Assembly: GCA_951406725.2 (NCBI GenBank)
Contig: OX597818.1
Coordinates: forward strand, 29,450,001 to 29,514,000
DNA from: Octopus vulgaris
Taxonomy: Eukaryota
Direction: 5' to 3'
Length of the DNA: 64,000 bases
Made by a program: the position numbers and the translations under genes. Shown in pieces: positions 62,963-64,000 of this stretch; positions within the stretch are counted from its first letter, which is position 1; each line of letters starts with the position of its first letter. The notes under the pieces are model-generated. The model did no database searches, was not told the DNA's origin, and saw only the letters and a program-made list of their open reading frames with translations.

Positions 62963-64000
62963 TTTTTTATTAGGATAATTAATGTCGTACATAGAGGGGG
63001 GAAACAGGACAATATAAACAATTATTGTTGTTATGAGTTCATATGATACTTATTTTTTTTTTAATATTGAATGAATATAATTAAAATTTTGACTTTTTTG
63101 AGGGGTGGAGATTAAACCTGATGGGCTGAAAAGCCCAGCGACTATGCCTTTTCCTTTTCCCATAAGGATTAAGTACGGTCACTTGCACCCACCTTTCTTA
63201 CCACAGTCTTCCATCTCTCGAACACACCTCGCGACAGGCATCTCCACTCCAGCTCTATCTTGCTCTTCGGATGATATATGAAGTATGCCAGCAAATCAGG
63301 GCCAGAGATGAAGGATCCCGTCACGAATCCTTGCAATCTGGTCTTCCAGACCCACTCTTTTAACACTGCAACTGAACAGAGAAAACATGCCTCAACTTCC
63401 TTTGAGAGTCCGGTTGGCGGCACAATCTTTATTATAGACTCAGCTGATAGCTGTACTCTGCCTAGGTCTGACAACACGTGTTCAGTGTAAATTATCAAGC
63501 CTGAAAGCTTCCGGCATTATACAAAAGCGTGCTGGGCGGTTTCATCGTCCAGCCCACATCTTGGACATGCCGTTGGCACTGACATTCCGTGCCTGGATAA
63601 CTTATCGCGAACAGGTAAAGCGTTCCTGTAACACTGCCAGGTCAGGAATTTTTGGTAAATATCAAAATACCCCGGCCTGAAAGTTTTTTGGAACAGGTTG
63701 ACAAGTTGGTTCACGTCGAACCCCAGAGCCCCTCCTAGGACGTCAGCATTTTTAAACTCGACCAGCCCTTTATACAAAACCGAGGAGGTATTCCCATTGC
63801 CGGCCTTGTTCGTCTTGTAGATTAGCACGAGTGCCTATCGACACTCCTTTTGCCAATCTGTCAGATTACATCTTTTAATAAAACCGAGTTTGGATCTCTC
63901 AAAAGAACCTAGTCGCGGAAAAAATTCCTCTGCCAGCAGATCCCACACCTTGTTACCCTCCAGGTAGCGCCAGAGATGTCTCAGCCTCAACGCATGTCTG
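62963..64000 (-). mobile_element. Tx1/L1-type LINE 3' end (zf-RVT/CCHC region), continuing past the window
   Basis: W...RNALPVRDKLSRHG....ACPRCGLDDETAQHAFV*C, VWKTR; 3' UTR ending in AATAAAAAA near 62970. Confidence 0.85.

Overview
This is an AT-rich, microsatellite-dense eukaryotic intergenic or intronic window. The repeat content suggests a coleoid cephalopod (Octopus-like), which is an inference. No intact host protein-coding gene can be supported; most ORF-track entries are translations of simple repeats. The window is mainly transposon remnants: RTE, CR1, I/Jockey-like, R4/Dong (RLE) and Tx1/L1 LINE fragments, three Penelope-like (RT/GIY-YIG) elements, a Gypsy integrase plus 3' LTR, a full-length Chapaev3 DNA transposon nested in a LINE, a mariner broken by a telomere-repeat palindrome, a Helentron-type element carrying an APE fragment, and about five SINE families (most tRNA-derived). 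The most notable layer is invisible to the ORF track: about ten hammerhead-ribozyme (HHR)-like motifs (CTGANGA/stem II/GAAAC-palindrome-GTH). They include three copies with U at core position 6, a tRNA-head + hammerhead chimeric element, and a long palindrome whose breakpoint falls at a hammerhead core. Other highlights are a twin-primed RTE insertion with a 10-bp TSD, an RTE ORF ending in three C2H2 fingers, and a candidate CCAAT+TATA promoter. All coordinates were read by eye, and boundaries of decayed elements are approximate.
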